64,000 nt of DNA from positions 1,054,001-1,118,000 of the forward strand of contig OZ218950.1 of the NCBI GenBank assembly GCA_965112735.1, read 5' to 3'. This document shows, piece after piece, positions 48,576 through 64,000 of the stretch. The notes beneath the pieces were generated by a model. That model was not told the DNA's origin. It saw nothing but the letters and a program-made list of their open reading frames with translations, and made no database searches. The translations under genes and the position numbers were made by a program. Positions within the stretch are counted from its first letter, which is position 1; every line of letters begins with the position of its first letter. Source of the DNA: Phaeosaccion multiseriatum. Lineage: Eukaryota; Protista; Ochrophyta, other classes.

Positions 48576-50986
48576 ATGGATGCGGACTGCGAGGCCAACT
48601 TGTACAGACGGTACGAGGAGCGGAGGCAGGGTGGTCCAAGGTACATCCTTCCGGTGACGATCGTCACGGGATTTCTTGGCGCCGGGAAGACGTCCCTGCT
48701 GCGGCATGTCCTCAAGAAGAAGGTGGGTTGTTACGCGGGGAGCGGAGGGAGGGGAGTCAAGAAAGGGGAGAGGGGGGAGGGAGCTGGGATTAAGTTTATT
48801 GGTTTGCAGCCTGCCTCGCACCCCGATTTTCTTACGTGTCTCTCGTTGCTTTTTTTTTTCTTTCTCCATTCTTACTCTCTCCTCCTCTACCAAATATCCA
48901 GGACAATTTACGGATCGGGGTCATGGTGAATGACTTCGGCGCTGTCGACCACGACGGCCAGATCCTTGGGGGAGAGCAAAGCATCAATGATGTCGTCAAG
49001 CTGCCTGGGGGCTGTTTCTGCTGCCTCGACACTCTCACACAGAGCTTCCGCGATAGCGTGGGAAAGATGCTGGTGCAGCAGCCCGATGAAGTGGGCGCAG
49101 GTACGCCCTATTGGCAAGGTGATTGATTGCGTGGTTCTCGCATCATCACCTGCCCTGGATCCATTCTTTGCTTCCTCTCTCTCTCTCTCTCTCTCTCGGG
49201 TGGCTTTTCCATTGGGTTCGTTCGCCCCACAGCCGCTTGACACAGGCCGCTTGTCACACAGTCCCCTTTCATACGGTCCCTTTCAGTCTCTACTGTCTTG
49301 GATTTCAATCTTCGGGTCCCTCTTCCTCTCCCTCTTACCCCCCCTCTCTCTCTTCCTTACCCCGTCACACTCCCTCTCCCTCTCCCCCCCCCCCCCATTA
49401 GAGCCGCTGGACTATTTAGTGGTAGAGACGAGCGGCGTGTCAGACCCCGAGACCATCATCGCAGCTCTAGAGGAGAGATTCGGCAAACTGACAAGGGCGA
49501 GACTCGACTCCGTGGTGACTGTCGTGGATGGAGATGCCATGGCTTCAGCGCACGAACAAGACGCTGCTGCTGCTGCTGCTGCTGCTGCTGTATCACCAAC
49601 TGCTGTTGCCGGCGATGGGGGCGGGGCTGGGTCTGGGGCTAATGTAGGCGCCACAGCCAGCACCAGTATAGCGAGTAGCACGCGTTGGTTGGGCAAGACG
49701 GGTATTCGCCAGTTGGAGCAGGCGGATGTGGTGTTGGTCAACAAAGCAGACCTGCTGACAGAGGCGCAAATCGCGCAAGTAGAGGCAGACATTCGCCTGC
49801 TCAACCCCCTGGCCACTGTGCACCACTGCTCACATGGCAACATACCCATACATCTCGTGCTCGATGTAGGGGGAGGGGCGGCAGACGCCTCTACTTTAGG
49901 GAGCGAGCAGGGAGTTTCACACGAGGCGGTGTCGGGGCAGTTGCACACTTCGTCCAGGGGCGGAAACCTTCGCACCACTGCCTTTGCCACAGGGGGTACC
50001 GGTGGTAGTGGTGGTAGTAGTGGTGGTAGAAGTGGTAGTAGGAGTAGTAGTGGTATCAGCAAGGGCGGCCAGAGTCACAGTCACAGTCACCTCGAGGAAG
50101 ATTCGCTTGGGCAGGTGACGCTCCGCTCCACCTCCCCGCTCAGTCTTGCCAAGTTCCAGGATTGGGTGTGCAGTAGCAGTAGGACGGCCTTCGCCGTTGC
50201 GAGCAGCAGCACTGCTACCAATCGCGACGCTGGATCGCACACTTCGGACAACCAACAGCAACAGCGGCAGGAGGAGGAGAAGGACAAGGAGCAGCTTGGC
50301 ATACCACGGGGATGTGTCCGAGTAAAGGGGGTGTTAGCCTTTAAGGAAGACCGGCGGGTCCGTGCCGTTTTCAACATGAGTGGACGACGACGGCTTGACT
50401 TCGAGGTGGGTGACTTCGCCTGGCCAAGACAAGGGCCCCTGGACCTTCACTTGATCCTCATCGGGACAGGGCTGGACCTGCCCGGGGTGAGGGAAGGGCT
50501 GCATGACGCCTGGGAGGGCTTCCGCGAGAGAGGGATGGCAGTGGATGGTGACGACGACAAAGGGCGACAGGGCGACAGTGAGGGGGTAGAGGGGGGGCAA
50601 GAGGGGGAGGGAGGAGAGGATGAGAGTGTTGGCGCCGCGCGTGCTATTGTGGAAGGCTCTCCTCTGTTCGAACTCGTTCAGCAAGACGACCAAGGGGAGG
50701 AGGAGGAGGGCGAGAGTGGCATGGGCGATACTGCCGGCAGCAGAAGCAGCAGCAGCAATAGCAATAGCACTCGTATGTGCAGCAGCAGGAAGCGTACTCG
50801 CCACCGCGCGTCCGAGGGGGTGGTGCTCTTCCGCTTCACAGGACGGGCGATGTTCCGGTTGCCTCCCCACCTGCTGCGGCTCAAGCACGGCGTGGACCTC
50901 GACGAGCTGAACAACAAGATACTCAAGGCGGTAAACACTGGAGCCAATGAGGTCACTTCCATGGCCTCTTTCCCACCCCCTGCAGG

Positions 50987-51018
<32 letters not shown>

Positions 51019-51398
51019 TTGGTGATTCAGCAGCAGTAGTCGCTGGTGATACCGCAGCCTCTTCTTCTTCTTCGTTGTCGTCGTCATCTGTGTCCTTGTC
51101 AACAGCAGCGGCGGCGGTGTCCACGGCCTCTTCCGCGAGGGCTTTCCTCACGGCCCAGTGGGTCCAGGAGGCGTGTAAAAGCAGTCCAGAAGGGAGAGAT
51201 GGGGGAGGAGGAGAAGGAGGAGGAGGAGGAGGAGGAGGAGGAGGAGGAGGAGGAGGGGAGGACGTAATTCTGGCCCTTCGGTGGGCGGCGGGGGGGAGCG
51301 TTTCTCTGGAGCAAATCTGGGCAGAGGTGGAGCTCCGGACGAGGCAGGTGGTGGGCAAGCACCTCAGCTACATCTCAAACTGCAACTGCGACAAGTGA
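48576..51398 (+). CDS. COG0523/CobW (ZNG1-like) G3E metallochaperone GTPase with C-terminal extension
   Basis: Exons 48576-48722, 48902-49100, 49402-51398. Motifs VTIVTGFLGAGKT, VNDFG, GGCFCC, VVETSGVSDP, LDSVVTVVD, QLEQADVVLVNKAD, His-rich HSHSH, and CobW_C-like RVKG. Confidence 0.93.
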
Positions 51399-51949
51399 GG
51401 TGGAGAATACAGTTGTAGGATAAGCAGCCATGTAGGCTGCTACATAGACAACTCTGAGCGTAACGTAAGCTCTGCTGATAGATTTGTGATACGAGACATC
51501 GCATACGCTGTCGTTGTTGCGACCAACACAAATACATGTACATAAAACTCGAGGAGGATGGCTGAGAGGTGAGGAGGGAAAAAAAAAAAAAAAGAGGACC
51601 GTGGTCCGAGGTGGGAGACTCTCAAGTGGGCGTGGTGGTGCTCCACGGTCGTCGCCAATCGGTCTGGCGAATCCTCATCGCCTGGAGCAACAGACTTTAA
51701 AAAAGACTTTAACAAGACCTTCAGAACCAGCAAGAGACGCTGACTAGTAGAGACTGCGACTAGAAAGAAGGGGAGAGGGTGGACACGGCGGCCACAGCAT
51801 CAAGGAAAGAGGAATAAAGGGCGGGCTCCCCTTGGCCTTGGCCCTGTCTCCGCCTTACTGCTTCAGCCTCCCCTTGGCCCTATCTTGGCCTCACTGCTTC
51901 CGCTGGGGATCTTTCCTCAAGACAGACACGCCACGAGGGCGGCATCATT

Positions 51950-54808
<2,859 letters not shown>

Positions 54809-54823
54809 TTGGTGGTGGATTGG

Positions 54824-54854
<31 letters not shown>

Positions 54855-55635
54855 CCTTCAAGCGTTCGGTGCTGCTGGTGAGCACTTCGCCACACGTAGA
54901 CCATCCCCCCACTTGCTGGTAGAATACACTTCGTTAATGGAGAGAGGCGACCAGGAGGCGCCAAGATAAGACGGCGGGAGCCGATCACATTTGAACGTTT
55001 CGCCGCCGTCGGAAAGTTTTTGTTTTGCTCATTATTACATGTAGAAAGGAGTAGTACCATGCTCGTCTCAAATCGAGGGGGCTTTCTTCAGGCTCCTACC
55101 GGATGCCCAGGTTCGTGCCAAGACAATCAGATTGGAGCTGAGCTACCAGACGAGGAGGGTGTCGAATGAATACCATTCTTTGCTTGCGTGCGAAAAGTGT
55201 GAGATGCGCAAGGAATTACGAGAGACGGGAGCCAACAGCGTCCGCTTGCTATCTTTGCTGTTCCTTTCCAACCCTTCTTCCTCTTTCCTCTTTCCTACCA
55301 CAGCCTTGCAACAAGACAATATAAACGGGAGAGTAGAGATAAAACACCCTTGCCCCTCCCCACCCCCCCAACAAATCATGTTCAGACTCCGATTTCGATT
55401 CTATTGAGATTGCTCAGGACATCCCCCTCAACCAGGGCCGCAAGGCGATGTTCGGGCTGCCTCAGAGAATCAGAGCTCCTGAATCAACAGGAGGGTTTGC
55501 CTGCAAAAATACGCTCGCTCAAGATGGAGCAGGCGAGGGAAGAGGAAAACGAGGGGGAGCAGGAAAAGAAGGAGGAGAAGGAGGAGGAGGAGGGGGGGGG
55601 GGGATGTCGGGAGAGAGGACACGGTGACGGTGACG

Positions 55636-57027
55636 ATGCACTATGGATGGAGTCAGGCCGAAGCATCCTCGGACTTGTTTCGTAGCATCAGCAGCGCCAC
55701 GGTGTCGTCTGGTCTAAGAGGGGGGCGTCCTTGCACAGCGGGTGCAGTAGGAAGAGGAAGTAACCGTGCCCGTGAGGGTGGTACGGCTCCTCTGAGTCGT
55801 CACGAACTTCATGGTAACAGCAAGGCCAGGCAAGCTATTGGTGGGCAAGCTCAGAGTCTCAGCAGGGCAGAGTTCAAGGCGTTGCCCCCCCCCTCCCTTT
55901 GCTCTGTGGCGACGGATGTAGATTCAACGACGAGATGGAGGGAGGAGGGGCGGAGGGAAGGACATGTCGTACAAGGAGTGGCAAGCAGACGACGGCGACA
56001 AACGCCCAGTATGGAAGGAGGTACGAGAGTATCGCCGATCACACTCTCTCCTCCCCCGCCATCAACAGTTGCGGTGGCGTTTGGGCGGTGCTACAGCGGC
56101 AAAGACCTTGCCTTGCGTGACGATCACTCTCCCTCGGCTTCTTCACTGCCGAAGAGAGCAGTGGTGGGACGAAAGAGGCGACGAACAAGTCCTGTATGCG
56201 GATCCTCCGCAGGATCGAACCCGGGCCACGCGCACAGCAGTACTGAGCTAAGCATACAGCAGCAGGGGCGCCAGTACACACCAGCGATCGTCTCCATGAG
56301 GTCCACGCGGCCCCAATCAGCAGCGGCAGGCACGCTTCAAAGAGGTAAGGCGTGTAACGTAGACGGCGCAATGCATCGACTCGGAAAACTGCGGTCGTGT
56401 CGTGCTCTTCTCTGTCGCTGTCCGACCACACGCAAACACGGTACACGTCGTTTCAGTTCAGCTGCTTGATGCATGATTGATTGATTGATTGGAGATGCTG
56501 CGGCACCCAACCCGAGCCCTTCCCTCTGATCCTCTGACCCCTTCCTTCCTCCACCCCTACCGCCCCCAACCCCCCCCCCGTCTTGTCTTGTGATCAGGAG
56601 TGGCGTCAGGCCGTCTCACCCCTGGCAAGTTCCCCAAGCGCTTCTACTGGGGTCCCAAGGCCACAGAGCAAAAAGGCGGAAGGTGCCCGTGGCTGCGTGA
56701 CATCCACCGCTCCGTCGACGGCAGCTCACTTGAGGCGTACACGTGCGTGCGTGTGTGCGTGTGTGCGTGTGTGTGCGTGTGTGTGGGTGTGTACGTGTGC
56801 GCATGTGTGCGTGTGTGTGTGTGTGTTTGTGTATGTGCGTATGCTTGTGTGCGTGGGTGTGTGTGTGTGCGTGCGTGGGCCTGTCTGCCTGAGCAAAGTG
56901 GGGTCCTGGGCAAGGCGCAAGCCCCAATTTCTTCTTGCCGCTTCTCATGATCATCATCCACTTGCCTCCCCTCGCCGGTGCCCCACTCTCTCACTATCTG
57001 TCTCTCTGTCTCTCTTCTTCTCTCTCC

Positions 57028-57058
<31 letters not shown>

Positions 57059-58142
57059 TCCCTCTCTCCCTCTCTCTCTCTCTCTCCTCTCTCTCTCTTC
57101 CTCTCTCTCTCCCGCTCTCCCGCTCTCTCTCTCTCTCCGTCTCTCTCTCCATGCCCCTCTCCCTCGACCAACTCCCTCCTTGTCCACCCCCCTCCTCTCT
57201 CACCCTTGCAACAACCACACACCGCACACACAGATCGAACTCATCCACCGCAGCCTGTCTCACTCGAGGAGGACCAAGCGAGGAGGATCGAGTATCGGCG
57301 TTGGCGTTCTGGGGTATGACCAGCTGCCTACCCGACTCTTTCGGGTACGTGTAGCTAAGGGCTGTATGTGAGTGTGTGTGTGGCGGGGGGGGGGGGGGGG
57401 GGGGGGTAGGAGACCGGCTGCAGGCTCGCCTTCTCCACCTTCTCACCTTGTCTCCCGTGTGCTCCGTTTCTCACTCACTCACTCACTCCTACAGGCGGCA
57501 AGCACAGGCAGGGCACTATGATACAGACCGAGGCCGGTCTGCCATTCGAGAGAGAGTCATCAGTCCCTCCCTACAACACTCTACAGGGGACCATCCCAGT
57601 AGCGGCAGTAGCGGCAGCGGCAGTGATGGGCCGTGTGGGGTGTTGCGATCGGAGCTTTCCCACCCCGAGGATGTGGGACCGGGTACATACGACATGTGAG
57701 TATGAGTGTGAGTGTGAGTGTGAGTGTGAGTGTGAGTGTGAGCGTGAGTGAGTGTGAGTGTGAGTGTGAGTGTGAGTGTCGGAGTGAGTGTGAGTGTGAG
57801 TGTGTGTGACTGTGAGTGAGTGTGAGTGTGAGTTTGAGAGTGAATGTGAGTGTGAGTGTGAGTGTGAGTGTGAGTGCGAGTGTGAGTGTGAGTGTGAGTG
57901 TGTGTAACTGTGAGTGAGTGTGAGTGTGAGTTTGAGGGTGAGGGTGAGTGTGAGTGTGACTGTGACTGTGACTGTGACTGTGAGTGTGAGTGTGAGTGTG
58001 AGTGTGAGTGTGAGTGTGAGTGTGAGTGTGAGTGTGAGTGTGAGTGTGAGTGTGAGTGTGAGTGTGAGTGTGAGTGTGAGTGTGAGTGTGAGTGTGAGTG
58101 TGAGTGTGAGTGTGAGTGGGAGTGGGAGTGGGAGTGAGTACA

Positions 58143-58187
<45 letters not shown>

Positions 58188-59395
58188 GCATGAGCACGTG
58201 GTGCGTGCAGCCCGGTCTCCCCAACTGCCCTCTACCCCTGGCACTCCCTGCCGCCCCATATACCTCTAACCTATCCCCCTCTTACCATCCCCTGCCATCC
58301 GCCCGCCACCAGCGTGAGGGGCCTGGAGGCGATCCGTCGCCGGAAAGTGTACCTGCCTCCCGCCCAGGCAGCCTCGGTGCTGTATACCACACCCCTGAGG
58401 GGCCCTGGCTATTACGAGTATGCCCCCGCCATCGATAGCCTCCATACGGTGAGTCAGAGAGTCAGTCAGTCAGTCAGTCATTCAGTCAGTCATTCAGCTG
58501 TTTAGCACATCACGCACCCATCCATGCACCCACCCACCCACACACACACACACACGCACACACCCACACACCCACACACACACACACGCATACAGCACGA
58601 GCCGGAGCTTTCCTTCTATCGAGCAGAGCGTTTCATGACCGCAGAAGGCCGCCCCATCCCCTTCTCCCCGCCGAGAGAAGCCGCCTTTGGCCGCAGCGAC
58701 GCATCTGCGATCGCCATTAGCAAGCGAGTGCCCTATTACAGGGGCCCGTGGGACGATGACGAGGATGCGTGGAGCAGCAACAATAGGGGGAGGTCCATTG
58801 ATCCGCTGCCGCACCAGAGACGACGACGAGGAGGAGGAGGAGGAGGAGGAGGAGGAGGAGGAGGAGGAGGAGGAGGAGGAGGAGGAGGAGGAGGAAGGGG
58901 GAGGGAGGGGGGATGTTGGCAAGGAGGAGAAGGGGTAGGAAGGGGGGGGGGAGAAGAAGGAGGTGGAGATGAGGGAGGAGGGGGAGGAGGAGGAGGGGGG
59001 GGGGGGGGGGAGGAATGGTGTAGGCAAGGAGGAGGAGGAGGTGGAGGAAGAGGGGGGGGAGAAGAAGGAGGAAGAGATGAGGGGGGAGGAGGGCGAGGAG
59101 GAGGAGGAGGAGGAGGAGACGAGGGAGGGGGAGGAGGAGATGAGGGAGGGGGAGGAGGAGGAGGAGGAGGAGGAGGAGGAGGAGGAGGAGGAGGAGGAGG
59201 AGGAGGAGGAGGAGGAGGAGGAGGAGGAGGAGGAGGAGGAGCAGGAGGAGGAGGAGGAGGAGCAGGAGGAGCAGGAGCAGGAGGAGGAGGAGGAGGAGGA
59301 GGAGGAGGAGCAGGAGCAGGAGGAGGAGCAGGAGGAGGAGGAGGAGGAGCAGGAGCAGGAGCAGGAGGAGGAGGAGGAGGAGGAGGAGGAGGAGG

Positions 59396-59437
<42 letters not shown>

Positions 59438-59747
59438 AAGAGGAGGAGGACGAGGAAGAGGAGGAGGAGGAGGAGGAGGAGGAGGAGGAGGAGGAGGAGG
59501 AGGAGGAGGAGGAGGAGGAGGAGGAGGAGGAGGAGGAGGAGGACGAGGAGGACGAGGAGGAGGACGAGGACGAGGACGAGGAGGAGGAAGGGGGCGGGAG
59601 GGGAGGGGTGGGGGTCGTCTTGGCTCTGGTGATGGAAGGGGTCTTCAAGTGTGGCGCTTCAGAGACAACATCATCAGCATAGAGCGGCGGCCAGGGGGGC
59701 CTCGGGTGACCACCACCGCGGGAGCGAGGAACGAGTGCATGGACTAA
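55636..59747 (+). CDS. Low-complexity protein with GPGxY motifs (possibly STPG/SHIPPO-like); start codon uncertain
   Basis: Phase-consistent exons about 55636-56344, 56598-56742, 57234-57344, 57495-57695, 58313-58448, 58596-59747. Motifs [16 protein letters not shown] and QAGHYD. The last exon runs through a long GGA/GAG array. Confidence 0.5.
57696..58139 (+). repeat. (GTGAGT)n hexamer array starting at the intron donor
   Basis: About 70 copies and variants of the 5' splice-site hexamer. Confidence 0.95.
58828..59590 (+). repeat. (GAG/GGA)n purine array, apparently within the last exon
   Basis: Read directly; translates as Gly-rich in the exon frame. Confidence 0.9.
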
Positions 59748-60557
59748 GATAGGTCCCCGTTTAGTACATGGACTATATATTATATATATAATAAATTAAT
59801 TAAGATAAGTACAAGTAGTTGGGAGAGAAAAGGAAAAGAAGTTTAATTAAGCCCCGCGAGCTTCCTTGGGAGAGTTCGTAGTGCGAGCCTAGGGGCGTGA
59901 TGACGCTATCGATTACAAAAAATCGATATCGAAAGAAGATCTCGATGTAATGTGAACGGACAGCCCAGAAGGGCGTGTGCCAACCAATTGGGTGGTCGTG
60001 GATGATGATATATGATGTACCATCATCATCAATTACCTTCATACCATCACCATCAATTAACTTTCAAGTCTTTTATTTTAATCTTCTTTTATTCTATGCG
60101 AACGTTAATGTGAATCGCATTGTGTGTCGGTAAGGGGGGTCTGTGTTTGTGTGCGTGTGTGTCCAATGGTATACTTCTTCTCGCACAAACGAAGGAGAAA
60201 AGCCTAACGCCGAACGAACGCCGCTCTCCGCTCTCTCTCTCTGCCCTATCCCCCGTCTTCTCCCCCCCCCCCTCTCTCCTTCCTACCTCTCCCTCTCCCT
60301 CTCCCTCCAAGCAGTTATACCCAGGCCCAAGGCCAGCGGCTCTCCCTTTACATTGTTCGCAGATAATGTCATGACTCTCCTTCGCCTGCCCTGCTACTTG
60401 CTGCTCCTTCTCAAGCCCTTCTCCGCACTGCTCTGCTGGAAGCACCCCCTTCCTTCCTTCCTTCCTTCCTTCCTTCCTTCCGTCCTGAGAGAGAACTTCA
60501 TTTACAAACATACGTACATACATACAACTGTGTACATATACATATACATATATACTC

Positions 60558-62840
60558 CTATGCGTCTCCATTCTGTTCCGGAAGTGGAGGAAACATGCTC
60601 ATGAGCTCCTCCGACAGCAGCCCTGCTCCGCAGTGGCCCCGCCCCACCACACCGAGATTCAGGCAGGCGTTCGGGCTTTCGGACATGTCCTGATGCGAGG
60701 AGGAGGGGATGCGTGGGGGTGGGAGGTGGGGGAAAGAAGGGATAGTAAGAGGCGGGTTTTGTTTTTGACTCGGGAGGGGGAGAGAAAAGAGAGAACATGA
60801 GGGAGAGATAAAGAGGGACCGACTGACCAAGAGAGAGCTGTGGTGTGGTTATCGGAGAGAAGAAAGAAAGGAAGACGACGGGGGTTGAGAGGGGAAGAAG
60901 GGACAGGAAGAGGCGTTTGTTTTTCACTTGGAGGGGGAGAGGGACAGAGAATGAATGAGGGAGAGAGAAAGAGGAACCGACTGACCAAAGAGTGGTGTGG
61001 TACAAGGAGAGAAGAAAGAGGGACCGACCAAGAGAGAGCTGCGGTGTGGTAAAAGGAGAGAAGAAACGAAGACGAGCAACCTGCCAGAAAAGAAACACAC
61101 TTCACTAACCCTTGCCTTGCCTTCTTTCACAGTCCTCCTTACTTTGCTTTTACTCCATTCATTTTGGCTCTTTCACCCTACTCCATGAATCAAATAACTC
61201 ACTCACCGTTGGCCGCCCCGGCCCCTCTCCCTTGCCTCTCCACGGAGTGATTCTCAGGAACTCTGTGGCGTCGCTGCTGTCCCTGCTGCTGTTGCTGCCT
61301 GTACAAGTCCGCATCATCCCGTCCCTGTCCCTCTTCCTCGATAAAGAAGGCGCAGAAGCAGCATCAGCAGTAGCAGCAGCGGCAGCAGTAGTTGCAGTAA
61401 GGGGGCTAGTAGTAGCCGCAGCAGCAGTTGGTGATACAGCAGCAGAGGTAGTCGCCGTAGCAGCGGTGGTAGCGGTGGAGACGTACTCCTTCACCACAGA
61501 GACGTCAATGCCCTCGTCTCCTTCGCCCTCCTGTTGCACACATGTTGGGGATGGCAACAGAGGGAGTAAGGCAAGCAGCGGGGGATGGCAGCAGAGGGAG
61601 TAAGGCAAGCAGCGTGGGATGGCAGCGGAGGGAGTAAAGCAAGCAGCGGGGGATGGCAGCAGAGGGAGTAAGGCAAGCAGCGTGGGATGGCAGCAGAGGG
61701 AGTAAGGCAAGCAGCGGGGAATGGCAGCAGAGGGAGTAAGGCAAGCAGCGGGGGATGGCAGCAGAGGGAGTAAGGCAAGCAGCGGGGGATGGCAGCAGAG
61801 GGAGTAAGGCAAGCAGCGGGGAATGGCAGCAGAGGGAGTAAGGCAAGCAGCGGGGGATGGCAGCAGAGGGAGTAAGGCAAGCCAAGCAACGCGTCCGTTG
61901 AGTGCGTCGGTGCCAAAAGAGCAAAAGAAAAACGCTTTGTCTTCCGATCTTCCGGGCCCTGCCCTTACTTTACGATGGTGCATCTCCTTGAATGAAAATT
62001 GTCACAATGGTCAAAATGAAATGTCAATCGCACATCCCGGACCCTTACAGTTTCACTTCCAGTTCCTAACTTACAGTTTCCACTTACAGTCATCGGACAC
62101 CACACTCGCAACTCGTAACCCGCCGGGCGAGTGTCACCGTCGCCATTTGTGACCTCTCCTATGCCCCCGTCCTCGCCCCTCAGGTCTGCAAACTCCACCT
62201 CGCTGCCTGCAGGGGCTCGCATGGCCAGAACACGTTTGCGAGCATTGGCAGAGAGGAAGGCAAAGTCCGAGCGAGTCACGTAGAGGTTCTCCTGTATCAC
62301 CAACTGTTCCTGGTGCTGCTGCTGCTGTTGCTGCTGCGCCTGCTGTTGCTGAAGGACGGCGTTCTTGTTCTTGTTGTTGTTGTTGCTGCTGTCGTTGTTG
62401 GTGCGGGGGTCCTGTGGCCGTCCTTCCGCTAAGCCTATCTGGGTGAGGAGGTAGTCGCGTATTACGTCCAGCCTCTGTGTGCGGGGGGGGGTGGTGGGGT
62501 GGCGTGGGGGAGGGTGGGGTGTGAGGCGAACGAACGCCACCCAAGATACACCAGTGCAGCCAAGACGATGAGAGTGAGTGGGTCGACGAGGGAGGTAGAG
62601 GGAGAGAGAGAAGAGAGAGGGAGAGAGAGGAGAGAAAGGGAGAGGAGGAGAGAGAGGAGAGGGGAGAGGAGAGGAAGAGGGAGGGAGAGAGCGAAGAGGG
62701 AGACGAAGAGAGAGAGAAGAGAAGAGGGAGAGGAAGAGATAGAGAGAAGGGAAGAGTGTGAGAAAGAGCGAAAGAGGAGAGAGAGGGAGAGACAGAGACA
62801 GAACAGGTGTGTCTATCGGCGGTTTAGAGTGTACGCATCG

Positions 62841-62875
<35 letters not shown>

Positions 62876-63727
62876 CAGGTGTGTGTGTGGGGGGGCCAGT
62901 TGGTATGGCAGAGACGCCACTACAGAGGCAGAGGCAACTCAGAGACAAGAGAGTGAAACTGCTCAAACTCCCTTCCCCCCCCGCCACAGCTCCTACTCTC
63001 CACCTCATCCCCCCCCCCCCCCTTCTCTCACCAGCTCGTGCTGCTGCAGGGCATTCGCCTCAGCGCTCGAGTGCTCGTCCTTCACTCCCTTGCCGTCGTC
63101 CTTCGGGGGTCTGCCTCTTCTCTTTGGCTGCTTCGGCGGCGGTACAGACGGCAGCACCGGCGGTGGCGGCAGCTCGGCACCGGGCATAGGATCATCGTCA
63201 GAGTCCACTCCGGGGCCTTGCCAGAGGATGTGGTTCTTGCTCTGCTTTGTGACTAGCCCGATACCTTCCAAAACGTTGGTGATGTCGTAGATCCGGCGCT
63301 GAGAGGCGAGTGAGGTGTGGAACGACGGAGCAAGGCGGTCGGGGGGGGGGGGGGGGGGCAGAGAGGGATTAGGAGGAGAGTGACCGCGCACCGCGTGGGG
63401 GGGTGTAAAGAGTTTCGCTTTTTGACAGCAAGAAAGGGGGGGTCAGTAGCAGTATAAGCGGCAGCGGGGTGAGGGGGAGAGAAGGGCCGGAGAGGGAGGG
63501 AGAGAAGAGAACGGTGGAGCTTGAAAAAAGGCATCGCAACAAAAGTTCCGCACCTTCTGCACACCGAGAGTGATGGCGGCCTGGTTGAGATCGAGGACGC
63601 CACCCTTGGAGCCCTTGAGCAGCCGCAGGAACCTCTTGGTCAGGATCCCAAGGCTGTTGTCAAAGCGCCCGCCCCGCTCGGAAGTGATGGGCTCAACCCC
63701 CCGAATCACCCCCTCCATAGTAGTCAT
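60558..63727 (-). CDS. E2F: E2F transcription factor
   Basis: Exons 63727-63554, 63298-63032, 62474-62088, 61530-61207, 60689-60558. DNA-binding domain [13 protein letters not shown]...[30 protein letters not shown]; marked-box-like LYVTRSD...[10 protein letters not shown]. An in-frame stop lies upstream of ATG 63727. Confidence 0.93.
61551..61884 (+). repeat. Intronic 34-bp minisatellite, about 10 copies
   Basis: ATGGCAGCAGAGGGAGTAAGGCAAGCAGCGGGGG from 61551 to 61857 in steps of 34. Confidence 0.97.
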
Positions 63728-64000
63728 TTGCTCTCCGCTGCTTCCACTTCAGGGCAGTCGTGTCCCCTGGAGAGTGCGTGACGGCCTTCGAGTTGGTGCT
63801 GCTGCTGCTGGTATTGCTCCTCCCCTCTCTTTGCAAAACGCTTTGCCTGTCTCAAGCAGGGGCCTTTGCCCAGCGACTACTCACAGCGGCCAGAGGGGAC
63901 GCTTCAAGTGAGGAATAGAATGAGCCACGGACGGCAGGCGAGCAAGTGGAGCCCAGGCTGACAGGAGCGCTTTCCGTGAATAATGATGTGTGTAAAATTT

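Noticed and set aside
55350-55685. Upstream ORF as the true start of the GPGxY gene via a frameshift in the G-run near 55592-55603
   Set aside because: A homopolymer error is possible but cannot be judged without reads, so the start is left uncertain.
63274-63286. GTTGGTGATGTCG as another motif copy
   Set aside because: It is explained by the invariant E2F DITN codons and has three mismatches.

Overview
This is eukaryotic, intron-rich nuclear DNA. A bipartite 'FA-FAP' plastid-targeting N-terminus and the gene content suggest a photosynthetic stramenopile (inference). Splicing by hand with GT/GC-AG sites and phase checks gives about 14 multi-exon genes. In order: the 3' half of a four-domain voltage-gated Ca/Na channel; a phytyl-ester-synthase-like hydrolase/acyltransferase; a membrane-anchored multicopper oxidase; a plastid M41-like pseudo-protease; a secreted VASt plus B-lectin-like protein; dynein light chain LC8; an MFSD8-like transporter; an ankyrin-JmjC protein; a 4TM EF-hand protein; a tyrosinase; a COG0523/CobW GTPase; WDR82/Swd2; a GPGxY-repeat protein; and E2F. 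Most long ORFs in the supplied track are artefacts of intronic microsatellites. The strongest unexplained signal is a dispersed 13-bp word, GTTGGTGATACAG / CTGTATCACCAAC. It has 11 exact copies plus several near-copies, on both strands, in introns, in intergenic DNA and in three different coding frames of unrelated genes, so it behaves as a DNA-level signal laid over the genes. Introns show G-rich 5' and C-rich 3' halves, microsatellites seeded by the splice donor, several GC-AG sites, and three unrelated minisatellites that share a 34-bp period. No rRNA, tRNA, CRISPR array or recognisable transposon was seen. All family assignments are from motif recognition, not database searches.
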